Part shown: piece after piece, positions 27,694 through 38,854 of the stretch
Layout: every line of letters starts with the position of its first letter
How positions within the stretch are numbered: position 1 is the first letter of the stretch
DNA from: Promethearchaeota archaeon
GTDB lineage: Archaea > Asgardarchaeota > Lokiarchaeia > Sigyniarchaeales > SOKP01
Direction: 5' to 3'
Assembly (NCBI GenBank): GCA_019057865.1
Contig: JAHLWP010000035.1
Coordinates: 1-42,765, forward strand
DNA length: 42,765 bases
Program-made: the position numbers and the translations under genes
Notes under the pieces: model-generated
What the model saw: only the letters and a program-made list of their open reading frames with translations
Told to the model about the DNA's origin: nothing
Databases searched by the model: none

Positions 27694-28155
27694 ATGAAGG
27701 ATGATAACTCTATAGTATACATGCCAAAGATTTATTGTCTTCATTATAGAGAGTGTGATCCAAAAAAATGCACAGCCTTAAAACTAAAGAAATTTAACTT
27801 ATTAAAAATAATAAAAAAAATCAAGGGTGTATTGAATAATTCAATTGTTCTAAATCCTTTCGCTCGAACAGAACTAACCATTGATGATAGGGAAATTATC
27901 ATTAGATATGGTCTTACTGTAATTGATTGTTCTTGGAATAAGCTTTTGGATTTAAATAAATTTAATTTAGGAGTATCGCGTAGATTACCTCCTTTATTGG
28001 CAGCAAATCCAACAAATTATGGAAAATGGGAAAAGTTGAGTTCTGTAGAAGCAATAGCAGCTACTTTTTTTATTACTGGTTTTTATAATTATGCAGAATT
28101 ATTGCTTTCTAAATTTCATTGGGGGAGCCAATTTAAGAATTTAAATAAATTTTAA
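27694..28155 (+). CDS. tsr3: SSU rRNA aminocarboxypropyltransferase Tsr3
   Basis: ECDPKKCTALKL, VIDCSW, RRLPPLLAANPTNYG...LSSVEA, F.WG..F..LN. Likely start is the ATG at 27721. Confidence 0.95.
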   Translation: MKDDNSIVYMPKIYCLHYRECDPKKCTALKLKKFNLLKIIKKIKGVLNNSIVLNPFARTELTIDDREIIIRYGLTVIDCSWNKLLDLNKFNLGVSRRLPPLLAANPTNYGKWEKLSSVEAIAATFFITGFYNYAELLLSKFHWGSQFKNLNKF

Positions 28156-28182
28156 AAAAATAAGTAAGATTAAAATAAAGTT

Positions 28183-29787
28183 CTATTCTCCACTACTCTT
28201 TGAGAGTCCTGAAGCGGCAATTACATCGTCAATCTTTAATATCATCGAGGAGACTTCTGTTGCTGATTGTATTGCTTGGGTTAAAATGGACAATGGTTCA
28301 AGAACACCTAATTGTACCATGTTATCTGGTTTTCCAGTATCAATATTTACTCCATTGGCCTTACCGTCATCATTTTCATGTTTAGATCTTAGTTCAACAA
28401 TTAAATCAACTGGATTATAACCCGCATTTTCTACTAATGTTTTTGGTATAATCTCCAAAGCATTAGCATAAATTTCTATTGCTAATTGTTCTCTACCCCC
28501 AATTGATCTTGCATATGCCCTTAGTCGCTTTGCTAATTCTATTTCGGAAGCACCTCCACCAGGTAAAATATAAGGTAATTCTATTGCTGCTTTTACTACT
28601 GATAATGCATCATGTAACATTCTTTCTGCTTCATCGACCACATGTTCGATTCCTGCTCTAATTAATATACTAACAGCCTTAGGATCAGTACATTCTGAAA
28701 CAAAAATCATATTATCATCTCCGATTTTCTTTTCTTCTACTTTTCCAGAATTTCCTAAATCTTGTGGGGTAATTTCAAAAATATTGTTAATAATTCTCGC
28801 ATTAGTAGCTCTTGCTAGTTTCTCCATATCAGATCTTTTAACTCTCCTAATACAAATGATATTCTCCTTAGCAAGGAAGTTCTGAGCTTTATCATCAACT
28901 CCTTTCTGGCAAAATACAACGTTAGCACCTACTTCTTTTAATTTTGCAACACGATTTTTTAACATATTTGCTTCTTCTTCAAGAAATTTATTTATTTGAT
29001 CCGGGGTCTGAATTCTTATTTCAGCATCAAACTCTGTTTTCTCAACTTCTAAAGAAGAGTTTATTAAGGCAATTTTTGCATTTTTAAGAGATTTTGGCAT
29101 CATTGGATGAACTATTTCTTTATCAACGATAATTCCATCAATAATATTAGTGTCTAAAAGGCTTTTTCCTTCTTTTTTGATTATCTGGATTTGATCCAAA
29201 TCAATTATAACATTATCACCACGTTGTTCTTTAATTTGACTAACTGCTTTTACAGCGATGCTAGCAAAATGACTTTTTACACCCGTTATTAATTTACTAT
29301 TCATTGATGTTTCTGCAACTTTAGTTAATATGTTATTGTCATTGATATCTATTTTGATTGCAAGATCCAGTAAAATTTCTTTACTTTTTAAAAGGGCCTT
29401 TCTATACCCTCTAAAAATTATTGTGGGATGTACTGATTGTTCCATTAATTCTTCTGCAAGATTTAATAGTTCTCCAGATATAATTACGCTAGTCGTTGTA
29501 CCATCTCCAACTTTTTCATCTTGAGTTTTTGCTACTCCAACTATCATTTTAGCTGCTGGGTGTTCAACATCAATAGTATCTAAGATGGTTGCTCCATCAT
29601 TTGTTATTGTAACATCTCCTAATGAGTCAACTAGCATTTTATCCATGCCTTTTGGTCCTAATGTAGTTCTTACTGCTTCTGCTACTGCTTTTGCGGCGGC
29701 TATATTATTTTTTTGGGCATCTTTTCCACGTTTTCTTTCGGTCCCTTCTTTTAAAATGAGGATAGGGACACCTGATAATTGTGCCAT
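28183..29787 (-). CDS. Thermosome (group II chaperonin) subunit
   Basis: [38 protein letters not shown]. Confidence 0.97.
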   Translation of the reverse strand: MAQLSGVPILILKEGTERKRGKDAQKNNIAAAKAVAEAVRTTLGPKGMDKMLVDSLGDVTITNDGATILDTIDVEHPAAKMIVGVAKTQDEKVGDGTTTSVIISGELLNLAEELMEQSVHPTIIFRGYRKALLKSKEILLDLAIKIDINDNNILTKVAETSMNSKLITGVKSHFASIAVKAVSQIKEQRGDNVIIDLDQIQIIKKEGKSLLDTNIIDGIIVDKEIVHPMMPKSLKNAKIALINSSLEVEKTEFDAEIRIQTPDQINKFLEEEANMLKNRVAKLKEVGANVVFCQKGVDDKAQNFLAKENIICIRRVKRSDMEKLARATNARIINNIFEITPQDLGNSGKVEEKKIGDDNMIFVSECTDPKAVSILIRAGIEHVVDEAERMLHDALSVVKAAIELPYILPGGGASEIELAKRLRAYARSIGGREQLAIEIYANALEIIPKTLVENAGYNPVDLIVELRSKHENDDGKANGVNIDTGKPDNMVQLGVLEPLSILTQAIQSATEVSSMILKIDDVIAASGLSKSSGE

Positions 29788-29899
29788 TTAATTTTCACTT
29801 TCAAAATTTTAATTTTAATAATTTTCTTTATATAGATCTCTAAGTCATAAAATTAAAAAAGTTTACGAAAATTAACTAGTATTAAGTTGTTTAAAGGAT

Positions 29900-29919
29900 A
29901 TATTCAAAATTTTGAATAT
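29900..29919. promoter_or_regulatory. Perfect 20-bp palindrome upstream of the thermosome gene (candidate operator)
   Basis: ATATTCAAAATTTTGAATAT in the divergent thermosome/ATPase intergenic region. Confidence 0.35.
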
Positions 29920-30160
29920 CTTATCTCTTTCTTTAAATAAAAAGAATAAGATTAATAACAAACTTAATGTTATTATTTAGAAATTTAAAGATTTAATGAA
30001 TAAGACCTTTTTGTTCTTTTATTGTAATAATAAAAATATAAACTAATTTTTACCAAAATTATGTTTATATTAATTTTTTGTGGAATTTGATTCTCTTCCT
30101 CTAAATTTTAGTGTTGTTTTTAATCTCAAAGAATTATTTATTGATAAATGAGATGTAATT

Positions 30161-31942
30161 TTGATATCTTTTTTAATTTTTTTGATTATAAGTCTATTTT
30201 GTTTATTAACAAATATTATTTTCTACATATATAGGAAAAGAAAATATTTTTTATATAGGATTAAAATTTTACTTTTCATATTTTTTGCATTTTCAGCAAT
30301 CCTAGTTATAGTGAATATCCCTTTTTTTATTTTCAATCATTCAAAATATTTCATAGATAATGATTATGAATTTACTATTCCTATGATAATCTTTAATTTA
30401 TCAAATTTTATGTTAGGCATATCGATTATTCTTTTTCTTTTAACCTTTTTTCATTTTGATAAGACCATAATAGATCTTGATATACCCTCACGATTAGAAT
30501 CTAAAAAGGGTAATATTCTTATAGGGAGAATTCTAAGGGGGAAAATTAAAAAACAGAGATTTATTTTATCTATTAAGGACCTTGAGAAACATATGTTTAT
30601 TTGTGGAGCAACAGGTACAGGTAAAAGCAATTTTCTTCAAAATTTATTAATAAATTTTACAAAAGTTCAAAACATCCCCTTTTTCTTAGTCGAATTTAAA
30701 GGAGAATACCATTTTTTACAAAAAAAAATTAATAATGTACTCATTCTTTGGCCTGGAGAAAACTTTTCAATAAATATCTTTAATCCTGAAAGTTCAAATC
30801 CAATCATTCATGCTGAAAGAATATTTGATATTTTGAAAAGTGGACAGTTTCTAGATGATAGTTCGGAATATTCTCCTCAAATGGAGAAAGTTCTAGTTGA
30901 AATATTGACAAAGGTTTGCCAAAGTAAAAATCTTCAAAATTGGAAAGGTTTTGAAGACTTTTGTGGAGAATATCTTAAAGAAAATAAGGGGAATATTCCG
31001 ATGTTAAACCAAACTCTTATTAGTATTAAAAATCGAATAAGAAGATTTTCGACTGGACCATTGAATTCAATATTTGAAGAAGAAAATGAAATTAATATAA
31101 ACAAATTATTTAAAAGAAATATAATTTTAGATTTAAGCTCAATCATTCGCTTAGGTGGTGAAAAAGAAGATGCACTCTTTTTCTTAAATATGATATTGAA
31201 ATATTTATGGGATAAGAATTTATCTAAAGGAGCTTATAATTTCAAAGGTATTAAACACATTACAATAATTGAAGACGCTCAATACTTTGCTCCAAGAGAT
31301 TTAAGGAGAAAAAATAAATTAACTACTTATTTAGAAGATATTGCTTTATTACAGAGAGGGACAGGGGAATGTTTAATTACTTTAGCTTCACGCCCCGATA
31401 TCAGTAGAGACATTCTCGCTAATAATGGAATCGTTTTAACTTTCAAAAATCATATAGAAAAAGATATTATGTGTGAGTTGTTAAACCTTGATATAGAAAA
31501 AAAACATTACTTATCAATTTTAGAGGAGGGGCAGTGTATCATAAGGATAAATTCAATCAAAGAACCCTTTTTATTAAAGATTCCACTTATTAAAGATGAA
31601 TCTCTATCCATTTCAGAGATATCTAAAACTAATAGTCTTATTATGGAATCAATTAAAAGTAATATCAATACAATACCAAAAATTCAAAAGAAAAAATTGT
31701 TAATTTATCTGAGAAAAATTTTTAGTTTTTTTATCAGAAAAAGTAAAAAGTTTTCTTCGATTTTTAAAAAGAAAAACAAGAAAATAATAGAAAATCAAAA
31801 CTTACCTTTTAAGAATAACCCTGTTTCGAATCAGTTGAATTTTGAAGAGAAACTTTTAAATAAAAATTTACAGGAACATTCTTTTAAAAATTTACAATCT
31901 TATATAAATAATTTATATAATCAGCAAATCAAAGAGGAATAA
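30161..31942 (+). CDS. Membrane-anchored HerA/FtsK/VirB4-family ATPase (DUF87-like)
   Basis: About three N-terminal transmembrane segments, KHMFICGATGTGKS Walker A, EFKGEY, IIEDAQ variant Walker B. Confidence 0.8.
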   Translation: MISFLIFLIISLFCLLTNIIFYIYRKRKYFLYRIKILLFIFFAFSAILVIVNIPFFIFNHSKYFIDNDYEFTIPMIIFNLSNFMLGISIILFLLTFFHFDKTIIDLDIPSRLESKKGNILIGRILRGKIKKQRFILSIKDLEKHMFICGATGTGKSNFLQNLLINFTKVQNIPFFLVEFKGEYHFLQKKINNVLILWPGENFSINIFNPESSNPIIHAERIFDILKSGQFLDDSSEYSPQMEKVLVEILTKVCQSKNLQNWKGFEDFCGEYLKENKGNIPMLNQTLISIKNRIRRFSTGPLNSIFEEENEININKLFKRNIILDLSSIIRLGGEKEDALFFLNMILKYLWDKNLSKGAYNFKGIKHITIIEDAQYFAPRDLRRKNKLTTYLEDIALLQRGTGECLITLASRPDISRDILANNGIVLTFKNHIEKDIMCELLNLDIEKKHYLSILEEGQCIIRINSIKEPFLLKIPLIKDESLSISEISKTNSLIMESIKSNINTIPKIQKKKLLIYLRKIFSFFIRKSKKFSSIFKKKNKKIIENQNLPFKNNPVSNQLNFEEKLLNKNLQEHSFKNLQSYINNLYNQQIKEE

Positions 31943-31976
31943 ACTTTAAGATATTAAGATTCTATAAATTATATAT

Positions 31977-33188
31977 ATGACATTAACAGTAGGTATCGTA
32001 GGAAAGCCTAGCAGTGGAAAAACTACTTTTTTAAATGCTGCTTGTTTAACCAATGCTAAAGTTAGCGAAATTCCTTTCACTACAATAGAGCCTAATAAGG
32101 GTGTTACTTACATAAAAACGGATTGTGTGTGTAAAGAATTAAATGTTAGTGATAATGCAAAAAATTCTTTTTGTATTGATGGTTTTCGCTTTATACCTAT
32201 AAATTTATTAGATGTAGCTGGGCTAGTCCCAGATGCCCATAAAGGAAAGGGATTAGGTAACAAGTTCCTCAATGATTTAATTATTGCAGATGCACTTTTG
32301 CATATTGTAGATATCACAGGAGCTCTTGATAAATCTGGTAAAATGGTTTCAATAGGGGAAAATGATCCATATGAGGATATTTTATTTTTGGAGAATGAAA
32401 TAGATTTATGGTTTAAAGAGATTATTGAAAGAGAAGATTGGAAAAGATTCACGAAAGGAATTTTATCAGAAAAGAAAATGATTGTTGATGCATTACATGA
32501 GAGACTTTCAGGTATCAAAATAAATAAAAAGGAAATTATTTTAGCTTTAAAAAATTCTAAATTAGAAACAAAAAATCCATTAGCATGGACAGCTCAAGAT
32601 ATTTTGATGTTTTCAAAGAAATTAAGAAAAATTTCTAAACCAATCATAATTATTGCAAATAAAATTGATAAAGAAATTAGTGAAAAAAATTTAAATGAAC
32701 TAAAAAGTAAATATAGTGGTCCAATTTTTCCGTGTAGTGCTTTAGCAGAACAGGTTTTAAGAAAATATCATGAAGATAAGGTCATTGAATATCTCCCTGG
32801 ATCAACAGATTTCAAAATTTTAAATCAACAAAAATTGAGCTCTAAAGAATTTGAAACATTAAAGAAGATAAAGGATAAAATATTAAGACCTTATCAAGGG
32901 ACAGGGATTCAAAAAGTTTTAAACTTCGCTACATTTAATGTGTCAAATCAGATTTGTGTTTATCCTGTATCTGATATTAATACCTATTCAGATAATAAAA
33001 ATAATGTTCTACCTGATGCTTTTCTAGTTGAAAAGGGAACTCTATTAAGAGACTTTGTCAGGGATAAAATTCATAGCGATTTAGCTAAGAATTTTATATT
33101 TGGTATTGATGCAAGAACAAAAAAACGGCTTGGAGAAAATTATGAACTAAAACACAATGATATTATCAAAATTGTGACTAACAAATAG
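31977..33188 (+). CDS. ychF: YchF/Ola1 family translation-associated NTPase (archaeal type)
   Basis: GIVGKPSSGKTT, PFTTIEPN, DVAGLVPDAH.GKGLGNKFL, NKID, C-terminal TGS domain. Confidence 0.93.
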   Translation: MTLTVGIVGKPSSGKTTFLNAACLTNAKVSEIPFTTIEPNKGVTYIKTDCVCKELNVSDNAKNSFCIDGFRFIPINLLDVAGLVPDAHKGKGLGNKFLNDLIIADALLHIVDITGALDKSGKMVSIGENDPYEDILFLENEIDLWFKEIIEREDWKRFTKGILSEKKMIVDALHERLSGIKINKKEIILALKNSKLETKNPLAWTAQDILMFSKKLRKISKPIIIIANKIDKEISEKNLNELKSKYSGPIFPCSALAEQVLRKYHEDKVIEYLPGSTDFKILNQQKLSSKEFETLKKIKDKILRPYQGTGIQKVLNFATFNVSNQICVYPVSDINTYSDNKNNVLPDAFLVEKGTLLRDFVRDKIHSDLAKNFIFGIDARTKKRLGENYELKHNDIIKIVTNK

Positions 33189-33202
33189 AGTTGAATGAAA
33201 AA

Positions 33203-33358
33203 TTACTCTTCTTTTGAAGTTAATAGTATATATACAAGTATAATAATTAACAAAATAAGTCCAAATAATACTAATACAAAATTAAATAGTTCTACTTCAT
33301 CATCTGAAGCTTGATACAAAAAAAGAAGTGTTATTGTTAGAAAGTAATAAATTTTCAT
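33203..33358 (-). CDS. Putative small membrane protein (51 aa)
   Basis: Not in the ORF track: MKIYYFLTITLLFLYQASDDEVELFNFVLVLFGLILLIIILVYILLTSKEE; fills the gap convergent with ychF. Confidence 0.45.
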   Translation of the reverse strand: MKIYYFLTITLLFLYQASDDEVELFNFVLVLFGLILLIIILVYILLTSKEE

Positions 33359-33525
33359 ATTATTAATGAATATTTAAAGAAAAATTTAAAAATTTCCTAT
33401 TTTTAATAATGAATATTTTGGGATTAATCCAATTTAAATAAAATCAGCAAATATTCTATTATTAATTTTGATTGAATTATAGTAATACTTTTACAGTCGT
33501 TTAATAGTAAATTTTTAAAAATAAA

Positions 33526-33628
33526 TGGACCTGACGGGAATTGAACCCGTGACCTCTTGAATGCAAGTCTTGTAAATCAAGCAAAATGCTTGTTTTTGTC
33601 AAGCGATCTTCCACTGATCTACAGGCCC
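33526..33628 (-). tRNA. tRNA-Ala(TGC) with a non-canonical 32/33 intron (33567-33597, 31 nt)
   Basis: GGGCCTG/CAGGTCC acceptor with G3-U70, CTTGA-C[intron]TTGCAT-TCAAG, BHB central helix CTTG/CAAG. Confidence 0.93.
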
Positions 33629-33881
33629 ATTTGATTGGGTTTTTTGAACAATTAATAAAAATAACAATAATTAATATTTTTTTCTATCCAATTATTAAAA
33701 TCTGTGCCTATTTAACGCCTTTCATTTTAACAATTAGATTAAAAAGATTTTTTAGAGGTAAACTTTTCATTGTAAATTTTTATTCTCATCTATATTAACC
33801 CCATTTTAGATATAAGTCATTTTAATGCTTTTTATTAAATATTTATCTATAGAGTTCTAATTAAAAAAGAGAAAGAAAGTA

Positions 33882-35500
<1,619 letters not shown>

Positions 35501-35769
35501 AAACTTTCTTCAGTTATAATTGTTAAAATTATAACTACATTTTTTATATCGCATCAATGATTTAACTCTTCATTTAACGGATATCTACCATAATCCAAGC
35601 TTACACCGGAAAAGATGCGATTTACTATAATATAATATAAGAACACTATATTTAAATTTTTTACGTTTTTCTGAGGAAAATATAATTGTTCTTAATAAAT
35701 TTTCGTACTTTAAAAATCTCTTTTCAAATAAAAGTGTATCATTTCAAAAAATTGTACTTGGGATTTAAA

Positions 35770-36771
35770 ATGCACCTAAAAGAAAAAATAGGAATCCATT
35801 TAGACCAAATTAAACAAATAAAAGGAGTAGAAAATGCAGTATTGACTCAGAGGGATGGTAATCCAATTCAATCTACTGGAGTTTGGTTCTCTAAAGATGA
35901 AATTTTTAATGTCAGTTCTGCAACCAGTGCAATTTTTAATGTTGGAATACATCTACATCCAAATGATTTAAAATATATTTTAATTGAAGGTAAAAAAGCG
36001 AAAATTTTAATCGCACCATTAAATAGTCCTTTGCACCATTCTTTAAATAGAATTTTAGAACAGCAAGGTATTTTAGATAACAATCATGAATTTTTTATAG
36101 CAATTACAGCTCAACCTAACGTTAATTTAGGGGGTATATTTTTACAAACGAGTGAATGTTTGAAAAAAATTAAGACAACTTTAATAACTTCCGGAGAATC
36201 ATTCAAACCACCCTTAATTCAGTTTACAACTCAGAAAATTCAAAATATAATCGAAGGATTCAAGGTTAAAGAAAATGAAGAATTTAATTTGAGAGTATCA
36301 TCATTTTCTTTAAGTTTTTCAGAAAATATATCAATTGAACTAAGAAAAATTTTAAATAATTTTTCATTAACAATTCCAGATTTAAAATATGCCTTTATTA
36401 CGATTGAAGGTGGTTTTATTGTTTCTAAAATATTAAAAAAATTTGATGTTAATAAAGAAAAGTTAGATAACATTTCTGCAATGAGTTATTCGCTCTTTCA
36501 AACAGCTAACAGATGTGCATGGTTATTAAAAAAAATGCAAGCAGAGAATATTTTGCTTGATTGTGAAAATACTTTTCAGTTTATTAATGGGTTAGGAAAA
36601 GCAATATTTAGTACTGAAATTGGAAAAGTACGTCAAAAATTGGGGCTTATAAGGTTAATACTTCCACAATTCTCAAAAAAGATTAATACCCTTATTAAGC
36701 AAGCATCTGAAATTCAAGATCATAGAACTTTTGACATTAAAAGATTATTGGGAGAATTAATAATTAAATAA
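35770..36771 (+). CDS. Tandem roadblock/LC7 (MglB-like) domain protein
   Basis: GVENAVLTQRDGNPIQS...VSSATSAIF and LKYAFITIEGGFIVS...ISAMSYSLF...KLGLIRL. ATG at 35770 preferred over the TTG at 35686. Confidence 0.85.
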   Translation: MHLKEKIGIHLDQIKQIKGVENAVLTQRDGNPIQSTGVWFSKDEIFNVSSATSAIFNVGIHLHPNDLKYILIEGKKAKILIAPLNSPLHHSLNRILEQQGILDNNHEFFIAITAQPNVNLGGIFLQTSECLKKIKTTLITSGESFKPPLIQFTTQKIQNIIEGFKVKENEEFNLRVSSFSLSFSENISIELRKILNNFSLTIPDLKYAFITIEGGFIVSKILKKFDVNKEKLDNISAMSYSLFQTANRCAWLLKKMQAENILLDCENTFQFINGLGKAIFSTEIGKVRQKLGLIRLILPQFSKKINTLIKQASEIQDHRTFDIKRLLGELIIK

Positions 36772-36784
36772 TATTGGTGGAAGC

Positions 36785-37681
36785 ATGAATTTTTTTGAAT
36801 TTTTAGATAAACTTAAAAAAAATTATAATTCCTTAATTTTATATTGTCTTCTCGATAGAATTCCAATCATAGTGTTAGGAGAAGATTCAGAGCAAGTTGA
36901 TCAATTTCTAATCGATTTATCTGAACTTATTCATTTTAGAAAAGAATATGTGTTTTATACAGACTTTATTTCAAACAATGAATACAATAATTTAATTTTA
37001 AACGAAAATATCGATTTTAATTCTCAAAGAAGTCATATAAGATGTCCTTGCAATGTAGGTAGAAAAGCACTAAGTCAAATTGAAGATATTAATTCTTGGC
37101 TTATTGGAATGGAACTTCCTGACCAAAAAGATCATTTTAATTATTTAAAAAACTTAATTATAAAAAAAGCGAATAAGGTCTTATTTATAATGATCTCAGC
37201 TAATAATATTTCAATTGAAGTAGAAGGAATTGATCTCAAATTAATTGATTTAACACTAGAACAAAATATTTTCAGAAAAATATCTCAAGATACCGAAAAA
37301 TCTATTGCTAAAATGAAGAGAGTCTTATCCGATAAAATTCAAGTGAATCATCTTGATAATGATCTAATGAAGACTTTATTAGATTTTGAAGTAGAGAAAA
37401 ACGAATTGATAAAAAATATTGTTAAAAGTGAAATTCAAAATTTTTATTCAGGCTCAAAAAGAGCTTTCTTCATATTATCAAGATTATCATTATTAAATAA
37501 TGTAGAGATTAATACAAATATAGGAAGTAAAACACTTTTAGAAACAATTGATTATGAAGAAGCACCTATAAACCGAATACTATCATTTATTGCGAAGGAA
37601 TGGGGGGACAATTTTTCTATCTTAATAGAAGATGGTAAAAAAGCATTTATGGGAGATAAAATAGTTTCACTATGGGGTTGA
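36785..37681 (+). CDS. Putative DENN-like domain protein
   Basis: LYCLLDRIPIIVLGED..QV..F...L..L and SWLIG resemble the core DENN alpha/beta motif; the C-terminal part is helical. Confidence 0.45.
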   Translation: MNFFEFLDKLKKNYNSLILYCLLDRIPIIVLGEDSEQVDQFLIDLSELIHFRKEYVFYTDFISNNEYNNLILNENIDFNSQRSHIRCPCNVGRKALSQIEDINSWLIGMELPDQKDHFNYLKNLIIKKANKVLFIMISANNISIEVEGIDLKLIDLTLEQNIFRKISQDTEKSIAKMKRVLSDKIQVNHLDNDLMKTLLDFEVEKNELIKNIVKSEIQNFYSGSKRAFFILSRLSLLNNVEINTNIGSKTLLETIDYEEAPINRILSFIAKEWGDNFSILIEDGKKAFMGDKIVSLWG

Positions 37682-37688
37682 ATCTGAT

Positions 37689-38282
37689 ATGATTTATGAT
37701 TTTGAAAATAAAACATTACAGGTTAAAATAGTATATTATGGACCGGCCATGTCAGGAAAAACAACATCGATTAAACATCTCTTTTCTTATTTTAATAAAG
37801 AAGATATATTAGAGTCTATTGATAATTCTGTAGGGAGGACCTTATTTTTTGATTTTGGTGTTTTACAATTCAAGGGGACTGAATGGGGATTGAAATTGTT
37901 AATATATTCTGCCACAGGTCAAGATTTTTATGCAAGTACTCGTCCAGCTACTTTAAATGGAGTAGATGGTATAATATTTGTAGTTGACTCACAATTGGAA
38001 TATTTAGAACATAATTTATGCTCTTGGAACGAATTAAAAACACTGTTTGGAGAAGAAATATATAATATCCCTATAGTAATTGCCTTAAATAAATACGATT
38101 TAGATAATATAAAAAAATTAAAGGAACTTGATTTTGTTTCGAATATTAATTATGATAGATTCAAAAATCTATCGCTTAAAAAAACAATAGCAATTAAAGG
38201 AGAAGGAGTAATAGCGTCGTTTTACCAATTAATTAGATTTATTCTCCCTCAACTAAATTTAAAAATCAGTGTTATTAATTGA
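37689..38282 (+). CDS. MglA-family small GTPase
   Basis: KIVYYGPAMSGKTT, GRTLFFDF (MglA-type catalytic Arg), TGQDFY..TR...L.GVDGIIFVVDSQ, NKYD. Confidence 0.9.
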   Translation: MIYDFENKTLQVKIVYYGPAMSGKTTSIKHLFSYFNKEDILESIDNSVGRTLFFDFGVLQFKGTEWGLKLLIYSATGQDFYASTRPATLNGVDGIIFVVDSQLEYLEHNLCSWNELKTLFGEEIYNIPIVIALNKYDLDNIKKLKELDFVSNINYDRFKNLSLKKTIAIKGEGVIASFYQLIRFILPQLNLKISVIN

Positions 38283-38285
38283 TTT

Positions 38286-38483
38286 TTAGTCTTTTTTTTT
38301 TTTATTCTTTTGATACATATTTTTAGATATTCTTTTTATGTATCCTTGCATATAAAATTGTTTTAATAAATTTCTTACTTTACGTACTTGCGAGGCATCA
38401 ATTCCCAAAACACTCATTAATTGAAATATTGAAAATTGTATTGGTAAATTATCCTTAATATTATTATATAATCCCATTTCCAT
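38286..38483 (-). CDS. Small winged-helix-like basic protein
   Basis: FSIFQLMSVLGI......KVRNLLKQFYMQGYIKRISKNMY fits a wHTH with wing. Confidence 0.6.
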   Translation of the reverse strand: MEMGLYNNIKDNLPIQFSIFQLMSVLGIDASQVRKVRNLLKQFYMQGYIKRISKNMYQKNKKKKD

Positions 38484-38574
38484 TTTATTGTAATCTTTTT
38501 CAGTTGTTATATAAAAATGAATAAATATTTTTATAAATTGTTATTCGATTATTATAATTAGATTAAGGTTTGTA

Positions 38575-38681
38575 TAATCCTCAAAGTAACTATAACTTAT
38601 CATTCCTACTTATTGTAGATTACCCCCCTTATTTGTTAAAATTCTTAATTTTAGCTTTTCTAATCCTCAAAGTAACTATAA
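38575..38681. repeat. Pair of identical 21-bp direct repeats, 86 bp apart
   Basis: TAATCCTCAAAGTAACTATAA at 38575-38595 and 38661-38681. Confidence 0.9.
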
Positions 38682-38854
38682 GATCTCATCCCAAATTCAC
38701 GAATCGGTCATCCTAGTCTAGTTTTCATTTCATCGGATCTTTAGACACTATTCTAATTGAATAATTATAAAATAAAATTTAAGTTTTCTAAATTTAGAAG
38801 GAGGGAATTATTATTAATTTTTAGGAAAAATTCACTTTAATGTTTTATAATTCA

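Noticed and set aside
38575-38681. Mini-CRISPR or IS terminal repeats
   Set aside because: Only two direct copies with a 65-nt gap, no inverted orientation and no transposase; kept as an unexplained direct repeat.
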